From the NCBI GenBank assembly GCA_001768615.1, contig MELE01000065.1, forward strand, positions 12,158 to 76,157: a stretch of 64,000 nt of DNA, in the 5' to 3' direction. A program made the translations under genes and the position numbers. A model generated the notes under the pieces. It saw nothing but the letters and a program-made list of their open reading frames with translations, had not been told where the DNA came from and searched no databases. The stretch comes from Acidobacteria bacterium RIFCSPLOWO2_12_FULL_67_14b (GTDB lineage Bacteria; Acidobacteriota; Vicinamibacteria; Vicinamibacterales; UBA2999). Positions 54,529-63,110 of this stretch are shown piece by piece (the stretch's first letter is position 1; the number at the start of each line of letters is the position of its first letter).

Positions 54529-55647
54529 CTATCGTTCGCGGTAGACCGTGATGTCGTTACTCGCTCGTGCCACCACCCGCACGGTCCCATCCCAACCCGT
54601 TGCGTAGATCGCTTTCGTCACCGTCTGATTTCTGAATTGCCGTGCCTTCTCGGCAACCCTCACGCTCTTTGACGGAGTGCGTCGTCGCGTCATGTGTTGT
54701 GCCAGCAGGTTGACGGTCGTCTGACGCGGATGGCCGAACGCAAAAGTCGTGAAGGTTCCGCCGCTCTGTCCAAACGTCCACTCTCCCACGGGTATCAAGG
54801 CAACTCTCGGCGTCACCGCATCAAGCAACTCGGCAGTCGTCGCATTCTGCGAACCGTGATGCCCAACCTGAAGTACATCGGCGTCCAACATGCCGCCCGG
54901 CTGATCGCCGTAGTAGTCCACCAGCAATTCAATCGCGGCCTCTTCCAAATCGCCCATAAAGAGAAATGACGCGGTCCCATAGTCGATCCGCGTGATCACC
55001 GAGTGATTGTTCTGATTCTCAAACTCGCCTTCTGGCCAACCGGGATTCTCGTCAAAGCGACCTTCAAGAATGCGAACACCGGGATCGCGGTCCGGACATC
55101 CGAGGGGATCGATGTCTGAATCAGTGAGGCCGCGCTTGTCCGCGACGGCCTCCACCGCCGTATCGGGGATGTCTCGCACCACAATCTTCCGGCGTCCGGC
55201 CTTGACTTCACCTCGCAGCCAGTTCGGGCCAAACCGTCCACTGCCCGTTGTGAACCCGTTGTCGATATATCGTTCGACGGTGAACGTCTCAACGAGGCGC
55301 TGGAGTGAGCGCGTGTGGTCGAGATGGTTGTGGGTGATGAGGATGGACTTCAGCGTGCGATTGAGATCGGTGCGGCGGGCAAAGAAGGCATCCAGATAGC
55401 CGAGGAGCGCGGTCTCATGAGCGTCGTCCTGTGTCCCCGCATCGATCAGCATCGCCCCGCACGAGAACTCCAGAAGGGTGGCATGCGCTTGCCCCACGTC
55501 GATGAAATGGGCGGTCATCGCAGGGTTCGGCTGCGTGAGGACAGCACCGCCTGACAGCAGCAAGACTGCTGCGGCTACTAAACCTAGCAGCCGAACAAGC
55601 CCGGGACGGATCACCGACATCTTCATCTGCTGATGGCGATCTCCCAT
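54529..55647 (-). CDS. ComEC/Rec2-related MBL-fold hydrolase (secreted)
   Basis: 372 aa with FIDVGQAHATLLE, ITHNHLDHT and QVGHHGS motifs of the ComEC-type metallo-beta-lactamase domain. Confidence 0.75.
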   Translation of the reverse strand: MGDRHQQMKMSVIRPGLVRLLGLVAAAVLLLSGGAVLTQPNPAMTAHFIDVGQAHATLLEFSCGAMLIDAGTQDDAHETALLGYLDAFFARRTDLNRTLKSILITHNHLDHTRSLQRLVETFTVERYIDNGFTTGSGRFGPNWLRGEVKAGRRKIVVRDIPDTAVEAVADKRGLTDSDIDPLGCPDRDPGVRILEGRFDENPGWPEGEFENQNNHSVITRIDYGTASFLFMGDLEEAAIELLVDYYGDQPGGMLDADVLQVGHHGSQNATTAELLDAVTPRVALIPVGEWTFGQSGGTFTTFAFGHPRQTTVNLLAQHMTRRRTPSKSVRVAEKARQFRNQTVTKAIYATGWDGTVRVVARASNDITVYRER

Positions 55648-55982
55648 TCCTCGCCATTATCAGCGTTCGTACCTGTAATGTTCCACGCGAATCCATCAGC
55701 GGTCGTTTCCAAATCAACATCAACTTCCACGTATCCGCCATTGCTGAAATGGATCGTGACGCTCGATCCGAACTTGTCGCAGTCGAGCGAGTACGGACCG
55801 TTACCGCGTGTCGCGTTGAACGCCTCGCAGGAATACGCACCGTCGGGCAAGTCGTTTAAGGTGTCACTGCGTGTCTCCTCGGACGCGGAGTTGCGGATAG
55901 TTCCAGACCCACACGCGGAGGTGCCTGTGATCACGATGCTGCCGAGCAGCATGACGTGTAACGCACCTTCGATGTATCTCAT
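55623..55982 (-). CDS. putative lipoprotein
   Basis: Starts at MRYIEGALHVMLLGSIVITGTSAC (lipobox-like TSAC) at 55982. Confidence 0.45.
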   Translation of the reverse strand: MRYIEGALHVMLLGSIVITGTSACGSGTIRNSASEETRSDTLNDLPDGAYSCEAFNATRGNGPYSLDCDKFGSSVTIHFSNGGYVEVDVDLETTADGFAWNITGTNADNGEEWEIAISR

Positions 55983-55993
55983 GGCCACGGTGC

Positions 55994-56272
55994 CTATTTG
56001 AGAGTCGGCGGCTTGCACACACTGCACGGCCCGAAGCCCCGATTCACGGCTTCGCGCAGCGTTGTAGCGATCTTGCTTTGCCGCAGGTAACGGCATCCAT
56101 CTTGGTGATACAACTTGCCTGTTCTGGTCACGTAGACCGTGATTGTCGCCGGGTCTTGTTGCGCTTCGGCACCAGCGGTCAGCGACAGGTGATCGTGAAC
56201 ATGGACAAGGGATTGGGGAACCGCGCCGAGTCCAGCGACGACGAACAAGAGAACGACGATCAGCCGTTTCAT
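55994..56272 (-). CDS. small secreted protein with C-terminal Cys cluster
   Basis: Starts at MKRLIVVLLFVVAGLGA (56272). The pattern reads YHQDGCRYL...GFGPCSVCKP. Confidence 0.45.
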   Translation of the reverse strand: MKRLIVVLLFVVAGLGAVPQSLVHVHDHLSLTAGAEAQQDPATITVYVTRTGKLYHQDGCRYLRQSKIATTLREAVNRGFGPCSVCKPPTLK

Positions 56273-56408
56273 GATGGTCTCCATTCTCATTCCCGCGTAA
56301 TGGTGTGAGGCTTTCGCAGGCCCGACCGTGCGCCGACGTTGCCGCCGCACCGAAATTGCTTCATGTAGTCCGGTGAGTTCTTCGGGACCGCCGAGAACGC
56401 CACCCCTT

Positions 56409-57185
56409 TCATCTGCGTTCTCGCTCCAACAAGCGATTCAACTGGCCCTCAATTACATCGAGGCGTCGTTGGACACGGTCGAATTCTGTCTCTTCGTCCT
56501 GAGCCATGAACAGGCTGGCGATGGTGGCGGTGAAGATGCCGATCACGCCGATCCCTGTCAGCATCAGGAACACGGCAATAAGTCTTCCCTCTCCCGTCTT
56601 GGGATAAATGTCCCCGTACCCGACGGTCGTCGTCGTCGTGACGGCCCACCAGAGTGCATCCCCAAAGGAGGTAATGGCCTCGTTCTGGTTGCGCTCCACC
56701 ACGTAGAGTCCGACCGAGCCGAGCAACATGACTGCTCCGGTCACTACCAGTACGTACTGGAACTGATGGCGACGAAGCACACGGCGACTTGCCCGCAGGC
56801 CGATGGTGAGAATGCCAACCGCTCTCACGAGACGAAGCAGCCGAAGAATACGTAGAGCGCGGATGGCCCTCAATCCTTGCAGTGCTTCGGGGACGCCAAA
56901 CGGCGGCGAGACGACGATGATCAGTAGGTCTACCCATGACCGCTGGACGAACGCTCGTCGGTTCGGGGCGACAGCCAATCGGAGCCCGAATTCTCCGCAG
57001 AACGCCAGCCATACAAACCAGTTCACCGACGTGGCGATTAGATGGACGCGAGGGGTAGCATCGCCGTCATCGAGTATCAACGCGGGAATCACCAAGAGCG
57101 CAAGAAGCGCCATCGGCCATTCCAGTGCTTTCGACCAGCGGTCGCTGGCTGGCCGCCGGTCAAGTGGATCAACGACGGTGGTCAC
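56409..57185 (-). CDS. voltage-gated potassium channel (6-TM Kv type)
   Basis: 258 aa with the S4 voltage sensor LRAIRALRILRLLRLVRAV and the selectivity filter TTVGYGD. Confidence 0.85.
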   Translation of the reverse strand: MTTVVDPLDRRPASDRWSKALEWPMALLALLVIPALILDDGDATPRVHLIATSVNWFVWLAFCGEFGLRLAVAPNRRAFVQRSWVDLLIIVVSPPFGVPEALQGLRAIRALRILRLLRLVRAVGILTIGLRASRRVLRRHQFQYVLVVTGAVMLLGSVGLYVVERNQNEAITSFGDALWWAVTTTTTVGYGDIYPKTGEGRLIAVFLMLTGIGVIGIFTATIASLFMAQDEETEFDRVQRRLDVIEGQLNRLLERERR

Positions 57186-58533
57186 AGGAGGTCAGCGTCG
57201 ATGCTGCGCGGTCAGGGATTGGTGCACGAGCCGTCGCTGTATCGCCAACATGCAACTCCGCCATGGCTGGAACAGGCACCGCTGCCGGTGGCTTGACTGC
57301 TTGTGCCGTCCTTGCAGGTCGCGCCGATTCGAAAGCGCGTCGTGGGTGTTGTGTCGCAACGGTCCGGCTCAGCGACAAACTCAGGGTGGTGTTCTGGGTC
57401 AGCGCCACCGCACGACTCACGGTCGTGTAGCCGCTCTTGCTGAAGGCAACCGTGAACGTGCCCGATGCAAGGCTTGATAGGGAGTAGGCCCCGGAACCGT
57501 TCGTGGTGGTAGACCGGTTGGCGTTCGCCCCATCGGAAATGCGGACCCCTACCTCAGTCAGCGCCGCACTGCTGGTGCCGTCCTGAATCGTTCCTGAGAG
57601 CGTGTAAGTAGTAGGCGCGGGCGCGGGTGCTGGCGCTGGAGACGGCGAGGGAGTCGGGGTAGGCGACGGGGTGGTACTCGGAGGCGGCTGCGCTCCCTCA
57701 CCACGTTCAACGCGAACGGTATAGGCTCCCGACGACTGCGCCTCTACGATCACCGTGCCGTTCGTGTCGGTGCGATACACCGTCGCGCCCGCTTCCCCGT
57801 ACAGACGCAGCGCAGAGGCGTCAGGGTGCCCGTAACTGTTTCCCTGTCCGACACCGACGATTACGGCTTCGGGAGAAAGACTCGCCAGACCAGCGGCGGT
57901 ATCACCGTTGCTCGATCCGTGGTGGCTGGCCTTGTGAACCTGAACTGGCGTCAGCCAGTCGCGTTGGTTGATGTTCCACCATGACCACTCGCGGGGTTCG
58001 GCGTCACCAGCCAGCGACAAGCGGAACGACCCGTACTCCACAACAACGCCGATTGAGTTGTCGTTCTGATCCCAAGAGGGGATACCGGGCGGCGGCACGA
58101 TGACAACTGACACGTCACCGAGGGCTATGCGACGTGCCGTTGGCTCCAGAAGTTGGCTGCCCGCTGCGGCTGCCGCCTGAATCACGTTGGCGTACGCCTG
58201 CGTCGTCGTGGGGACGGCGTTGTCGATGTAATACGTCGGCGCGAAGGTTCGCAGGACTTCAGGCAGCCCGCCGATATGGTCAGCGTGGTTGTGCGAAGCG
58301 ATAACGAGATCGACGCGACTGACGCCGAGGGCGGTCAAGTAATCGCGCATCCGCGCGGTGTTCTCGCCCGCGTCGTAGACGACGTTCTGTCCAGACGGAC
58401 TCTGGATAAGGATGCCGTCGCCTTGCCCCACGTCGAAGAAGTAGATCCGAAGCGGGAGCGTCTGCTGCGCGGGAAGGGCCGGTGCCCACGCGGCAAACAG
58501 CAGGGACGCGATTAGAACGCGGAGTGATCTCAT
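57169..58533 (-). CDS. ComEC-type MBL-fold hydrolase with Pro/Ser/Thr linker and carboxypeptidase-regulatory-like beta domain
   Basis: 454 aa with FFDVGQGDGILIQ, ASHNHADHIGG and KASHHGS motifs, then PSTTPSPTPTPSPSPAPAPAPAP, then the GTIQDG...NGSGAYSL pattern. Confidence 0.75.
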   Translation of the reverse strand: MRSLRVLIASLLFAAWAPALPAQQTLPLRIYFFDVGQGDGILIQSPSGQNVVYDAGENTARMRDYLTALGVSRVDLVIASHNHADHIGGLPEVLRTFAPTYYIDNAVPTTTQAYANVIQAAAAAGSQLLEPTARRIALGDVSVVIVPPPGIPSWDQNDNSIGVVVEYGSFRLSLAGDAEPREWSWWNINQRDWLTPVQVHKASHHGSSNGDTAAGLASLSPEAVIVGVGQGNSYGHPDASALRLYGEAGATVYRTDTNGTVIVEAQSSGAYTVRVERGEGAQPPPSTTPSPTPTPSPSPAPAPAPAPTTYTLSGTIQDGTSSAALTEVGVRISDGANANRSTTTNGSGAYSLSSLASGTFTVAFSKSGYTTVSRAVALTQNTTLSLSLSRTVATQHPRRAFESARPARTAQAVKPPAAVPVPAMAELHVGDTATARAPIPDRAASTLTSCDHRR

Positions 58534-58796
58534 AGCGAAATGTCGCCCTTCGGTCCGCGCTGCAATCCGTTTCGGAGACGTTGTGCGCGGGCTCGCCGTT
58601 CCTCTGTTGCCACAGCGTCGATCTCAAGGGGTATACGCTCGCCGCCTGCGGATTCGCTCACGGACCCGGTGAGCACATCGCCTTCGTGTGCGCCCTCTGG
58701 TATCCACGACATCGGAACGCGGATAATTGCCGACTGTTCGTCTTCCAGCACGGCCCACGCGCCGTTCTCAAAGCGGTCAATGATGTAGTGGGGCAT
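58530..58796 (-). CDS. DUF3006-like protein
   Basis: 88 aa. The pattern MPHYIIDRFENGAWAVLEDEQ...IPEGAHEGDVL fits DUF3006. It has a 4-nt overlap with the MBL gene, which is a known pairing. Confidence 0.65.
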   Translation of the reverse strand: MPHYIIDRFENGAWAVLEDEQSAIIRVPMSWIPEGAHEGDVLTGSVSESAGGERIPLEIDAVATEERRARAQRLRNGLQRGPKGDISL

Positions 58797-58873
58797 CGTG
58801 GAGCAGCCGGAAGGCAGCGCGATACTACTTCAATCCGACATATTCGGCTGTTCAAGTAAAAGGCGACTCTTCC

Positions 58874-59134
58874 GTGATTCTGTGGCGTCTGCGTGGCTAT
58901 CGTGACCCCGAAGGTGAATGGGAAGGTGGGGTCGCTGAGTGTGCCCTTGAGCGGACCGAAGACGGCTATCGGCTCTTCGTCACAAATAATGGGGAGATTC
59001 TGTCGGACGAGAGCATCGACCGATTAGAAACGGCACGAGGCAAAGCGGAAATGCTTCGATCCGATTTGCTCGCCCGTGGATGGCGCGAGGATCACGATGA
59101 GCACGACGGGGCTGGCGGCGGCGGAGACCGCTGA
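58874..59134 (+). CDS. hypothetical protein
   Basis: 86 aa with a GTG start and no motif. Weak call. Confidence 0.3.
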   Translation: MILWRLRGYRDPEGEWEGGVAECALERTEDGYRLFVTNNGEILSDESIDRLETARGKAEMLRSDLLARGWREDHDEHDGAGGGGDR

Positions 59135-59168
59135 CCTTCTCTGTCCATAGCGGCGATTACGCTGCGTT

Positions 59169-59393
59169 ATGCCGTCAACGCCGACGCTCCTTCAGCCGGG
59201 TCTACAGATCCGATGCCCTCATTGCCGATCATTTCATCCCACCATCCAGCCATACCCGGAAGGCACCGACTACGCTCGCGCGATGCTGTTCTTTGAATGT
59301 CGCCGCTTGCGGTACTACGCCGGGCAACATGGACAACCAAGTCGGCATGTCACCCGACGCGAGTCACGGCGCGGCCCACTCGTTCCGCGCTGA
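59169..59393 (+). CDS. hypothetical small protein (CPHC...C)
   Basis: 74 aa. Weak call. Confidence 0.25.
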   Translation: MPSTPTLLQPGLQIRCPHCRSFHPTIQPYPEGTDYARAMLFFECRRLRYYAGQHGQPSRHVTRRESRRGPLVPR

Positions 59394-59396
59394 TGA

Positions 59397-59660
59397 TCAC
59401 TGGTCACGCGGGAGGAGATCGGCGATGGGCACCTTGAAGGCACGCGCCAAAGCGCGAAGCGTCAGCACGGAAGGGTTCTGTCGGCCGCCTTCGATCCGAC
59501 TAAGGTAAACGCGTTCGATCTTTGCTTTTCCCTCAAGATCCTCTTGCGTCCATCCCTTCTGGCGACGCAGGTCACGAACTGTCTTACCAAGTTGTGCCAA
59601 ATACGGGTGGGGATGAGTGCGTGGTGGCACCGCATGATGCTGCGGGGAACTGCTCGCCAC
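59397..59660 (-). CDS. XRE-family helix-turn-helix transcriptional regulator
   Basis: LGKTVRDLRRQKGWTQEDLEGKAKIERVYLSRIEGGRQNPSVLTLRALARAF is a classic HTH_3 pattern. Confidence 0.75.
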   Translation of the reverse strand: MASSSPQHHAVPPRTHPHPYLAQLGKTVRDLRRQKGWTQEDLEGKAKIERVYLSRIEGGRQNPSVLTLRALARAFKVPIADLLPRDQ

Positions 59661-59682
59661 TCACCATGGACCATGGTATACA

Positions 59683-60189
59683 GTGGCCCGGATTCCGGTT
59701 CCGGTCACATTTCACTCAGAGGTGCCTGTGCCCTTCTGTCCCTCGTGCGGCAAGTCGGTCGAATCGACGTGGACGTTCTGCGTCGGCTGTGGGACGAAAG
59801 CGCAGTCCGCCCCGTCAACCAGCAACCCCAATACACGTCACACGTCTGGCACACTTCCCGACACAAATCTTTCGGCCCGAGCCGCATCGACAAGCGGGGG
59901 CTACGCCGGACTGATCATGGGCCCGGCACTGCTCTACGTCGGCGGCTGGAAGGTGATGTGGGCAGGATACACGCCGTCTGGCTGGCACCTCGGGCACTTT
60001 TTGGGCAACCCTACCTACGCTGTCGCGCTCGGTGACACCGGGGCTGCGATTCGAGTCAACGGCCTGTTCTATGGTGCGGAATTCATCCCTCGCTTCTTTG
60101 ATGTCCCGTTCATCTCAATTGTCTTGTCCATCATTGCGTGGGGATTGATCTTTGCGGGCCTTGGTGCCGCCGCATCGGCCAGCAGATAA
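59683..60189 (+). CDS. zinc-ribbon membrane protein
   Basis: 168 aa. It has the N-terminal double zinc ribbon FCPSCGKSVESTWTFCVGCGTK and C-terminal TM helices. The start is uncertain. Confidence 0.5.
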   Translation: MARIPVPVTFHSEVPVPFCPSCGKSVESTWTFCVGCGTKAQSAPSTSNPNTRHTSGTLPDTNLSARAASTSGGYAGLIMGPALLYVGGWKVMWAGYTPSGWHLGHFLGNPTYAVALGDTGAAIRVNGLFYGAEFIPRFFDVPFISIVLSIIAWGLIFAGLGAAASASR

Positions 60190-60202
60190 GGGAGTGCGTG
60201 AC

Positions 60203-61792
60203 GTGTCGTTCTGCCATGCTTGTGGTAAGTCCATCGAACCCGCGTGGACGTTCTGCGGGTCGTGTGGGGTCAAGATCGAGATCGAGCCGCAGACAGTCGC
60301 TGCCGACGGACGACCCGAACGCGCCGCCGACAGTGGGACGCTGTTGGAGTGCCCACGGTGTCGGAAGTTCCACCCGGCGGATACCGTGTCGTGCGAGTGC
60401 GGTCACATGTGGGCGAAGCCGCCGCAGAGTGGTTCGACTGAAAAGTCCGCCCCGATATTGTTCGCTGCGACAACACCCGGTACCAGTACACCGCGCTCTT
60501 CGATGACCCGCAGCGTTGTGTCCCTCGCGCTTGTCGCAGTGACCTTCGGCGTGGCGTGGATCATCGGACGACAAATCGACGACCGCGTCCGAATCGGCGG
60601 GGACAGCCTCGTACAACTCGTCCCGGCAGCCAGCGAAACTACGCCGCGCATTCCGGCTGCGTCCGGGTGGACGGTCGAGACCACCACGAATCCGTTGACG
60701 GATACGCCAGTCACGACTGCACTGAGACGCGTCCGCAGTCGTCGCCAAGAGCAAGTAGTCCCAATTCTGGGCAATCCCGAACGAACACCAGAGACGATCA
60801 ATGCGACGTACGAACTGGAGTTCAAGTTCGGGATCAACGCGCCGCTGGAACTGAAGTACACGATCTACGACGCGGTTCCAACGGGTATCGAGTTCGACGG
60901 TAATGGGGCGTACCGGGAAGTTGCGATGAGGTTCGATGACAACGAAGGTGTTCGGCGGCGGTGGTCGATCTCCAACGAGTATCCAAATGTCGGGTCGATA
61001 CGGCTCGGTGACCCTATGGCTCAACTCTTTGCCTTAGCGCGCGAGGACCGATCGGGCTTTGAGACGACAACGCTCAACGAGATCGCAGGCGTCAGGCGGC
61101 GCATTCTGATTCAGGGACTACGGGCGGCTGACGAGTTCATCGAGTTTCCAATCGACGCATCGTTTGAGCCATTCAGAGCACAACTTCAGAGACGAATCGG
61201 CGACGCTAACCGTCAGCGTCAAGCACAGGAACGCGGACAGGAAGCGGCCGCCGCACTTCAACGTGAAGCCGCCTACGCCGCGCAACAGGCGCAATACCGG
61301 CGCGAACAGGAAGAACGGCTCCGACAGGTCGAGCAAGAGGAGCGTCTTCAGGCAGAAGCACGAGACGTGCTGCGAGGGCAAGACGAGCAGAGGGCAGCGT
61401 CAGCAATCGCTCAAGCGCGAAGTGCATCGGCTCTACCGCCTAACTCACCACCACCGGCACCCCCCGTCCCAACCGGTGCCGCGCCCGCGGCTGACGGCGT
61501 GTACCGCCCGGGCGGTCCTGTTACCAACCCGCGAATCCTGCGTGAAGTGAAACCGCAGTACACAGCCGACGCGATGCGGGCAAAGATTCAGGGCACGGTA
61601 TTGCTGGAATGTGTCGTGCTTCCCGACGGCAGCGTTGGCCGCGTTGATGTTGTGAGATCGCTCGATCGGACGCACGGCCTTGATCAAGAGGCGATCAAAG
61701 CCGCCAAGCAATGGCGCTTCCAACCGGGTACGCGGTCTGGCGAACCGGTAAGCGTGCTCGTCACAATAGAACTGACTTTTACTCTGAAGTAG
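60203..61792 (+). CDS. zinc-ribbon / single-TM / coiled-coil protein with C-terminal TonB domain
   Basis: A GTG at 60203 follows an aagggag RBS. FCHACGKSIEPAWTFCGSCGVK is paralogous to the previous gene. The TM segment is VVSLALVAVTFGVAWII, followed by a Q/E/R-rich coiled coil and a C-terminal TonB_C pattern PQYTADAMRAKIQGTVLLECVVLPDGSV...W.F.PG...G.PV. Confidence 0.7.
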   Translation: MSFCHACGKSIEPAWTFCGSCGVKIEIEPQTVAADGRPERAADSGTLLECPRCRKFHPADTVSCECGHMWAKPPQSGSTEKSAPILFAATTPGTSTPRSSMTRSVVSLALVAVTFGVAWIIGRQIDDRVRIGGDSLVQLVPAASETTPRIPAASGWTVETTTNPLTDTPVTTALRRVRSRRQEQVVPILGNPERTPETINATYELEFKFGINAPLELKYTIYDAVPTGIEFDGNGAYREVAMRFDDNEGVRRRWSISNEYPNVGSIRLGDPMAQLFALAREDRSGFETTTLNEIAGVRRRILIQGLRAADEFIEFPIDASFEPFRAQLQRRIGDANRQRQAQERGQEAAAALQREAAYAAQQAQYRREQEERLRQVEQEERLQAEARDVLRGQDEQRAASAIAQARSASALPPNSPPPAPPVPTGAAPAADGVYRPGGPVTNPRILREVKPQYTADAMRAKIQGTVLLECVVLPDGSVGRVDVVRSLDRTHGLDQEAIKAAKQWRFQPGTRSGEPVSVLVTIELTFTLK

Positions 61793-61921
61793 TGCTTGGC
61801 CGCTGAAAATGAGATTCGGCCCGACCACATAAAAATAGCAGCGATCCTTCCGCACATCGTTGATCGGAGCGCACATCATGTTCTGCCACAACTGCGGTAG
61901 CGGCCGACGCAATCGGCACGT

Positions 61922-62695
61922 TCAGCGAGATGTGTTTCGGGACGTGGGTATTTCGCTACGAATCTTGCCGACCAACACCTGAACTGGCTGCAGTAGGTGT
62001 GACCCAACAGCCAGTGTGATCGGCCCGGACAGGCGACCAGTGTTCAACGGTTGCATGGCCGGGAAGACCGCCTGCATGAACCCATTCAGATCGCCGTCGT
62101 TCTGTTGCTGAAGTGCCGCACTCGTGTCAGCGCCGCAGAACTCTTGCACCACGAAGGCGGCGACGGCCGAATCGTCCACGACAGCCTGAATCGCCGTGCC
62201 CGCGATTCCGGTCAGAAGTTGGTATCGCAGGGCGCACCACGGTTCGTGTTCAGGGTCAGCAGGTCGCCCGAGCAGCAGTTCTAATAGCGCCTTGGCCCGT
62301 GCGGGCATTCCCGACTGCGGGGTCCGGCGTCTCGCCGCGTCAATGGCGTCACCGATTCGCTCCCCGAACTGCTCGTCCGCCTTGGCCTCTACACAGATGG
62401 TCAGGCCGCCCATCGCACACGTCCCGGTGAGCCACAGGTCGTGATTCCGCCCCTCGCCGCGCTCAGGCAGCGGCGTCACGAATTCGGGCTGGCCACCAAC
62501 GAGCGTACAGCCCCGTGTCAGGTCGTGGGATTCCAACAGTGCGAGCAGTTCACTCGGGCAGGCAAGCGTTTCGCCGCGAAACCACGAACGCGCCAGTTCC
62601 ATCGCGCTCCGTCCGGCCTTCCACTGGTAGTCGCGCTTCGGGCGCGGCCACGTATCGACGTCACTTATCAAGCGGCCCCGCTTATTTCTTAGCAC
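61922..62695 (-). CDS. PD-(D/E)xK nuclease-like protein
   Basis: 257 aa. GRNHDLWLTG...GLTICVEAKADEQFG fits the D...E.K core. The N-terminus reads W.AGRSAMELARSW. I can confirm no named family. Confidence 0.5.
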   Translation of the reverse strand: MLRNKRGRLISDVDTWPRPKRDYQWKAGRSAMELARSWFRGETLACPSELLALLESHDLTRGCTLVGGQPEFVTPLPERGEGRNHDLWLTGTCAMGGLTICVEAKADEQFGERIGDAIDAARRRTPQSGMPARAKALLELLLGRPADPEHEPWCALRYQLLTGIAGTAIQAVVDDSAVAAFVVQEFCGADTSAALQQQNDGDLNGFMQAVFPAMQPLNTGRLSGPITLAVGSHLLQPVQVLVGKIRSEIPTSRNTSR

Positions 62696-62931
62696 GACGC
62701 GATCACCGGCTGATGCTACCGCACGATGATATGGGCACCGCTGGCGATTCGGTGGGGGCTTGCGCTACAGTGCCGCAACGCTGAGCAGATGTCGGTATCC
62801 CCGTGGCCACAGCACCATAAATCTGCATTGCACCTCGGCGACGCAGTAACGCCGCTCAATCGGTTGGAGACTTGCCCATGTTCGGAACCTTGGCCCCACG
62901 TTGCGGAAGGGGTCTGCCGAGTTCCTGAGCG

Positions 62932-63030
62932 ATTTGGAATTTACGGTCGGTTTCGGCACCGAAATTCCAAATTTACGACGACAAAACCACCATTTAGGGG
63001 GTGCCGGGGAAGGGAGCCCCGGCGGAATCC
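62932..63030. ncRNA. strongly structured spacer (possible RNA element): 11+4-bp stem-loop followed by a 7-bp GC hairpin
   Basis: The first element is atttggaattt-a-cggt-cggtttcggc-accg-aaattccaaat (62932-62972). The second is gccggggaagggagccccggc (about 63002-63022). Both lie in a 415-nt gap between two same-strand genes. Whether it is transcribed as a functional RNA is unknown. Confidence 0.3.
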
Positions 63031-63110
63031 AGAGTTGCCGCAGGGTACCCGAAGGCCACGGCGTTGCGTTCAGCCCTCACGCGGGCGTCCTTGCGTCTGC
63101 CGAACCAATC

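Noticed and set aside
62696-63110. Retron-type msr/msd ncRNA next to a polymerase.
   Set aside because: The adjacent polymerase-like protein has PolA-type motifs (HDA) and no reverse-transcriptase YxDD motif. The structured region is downstream, not upstream, of the polymerase. I keep it only as an unexplained structured spacer.
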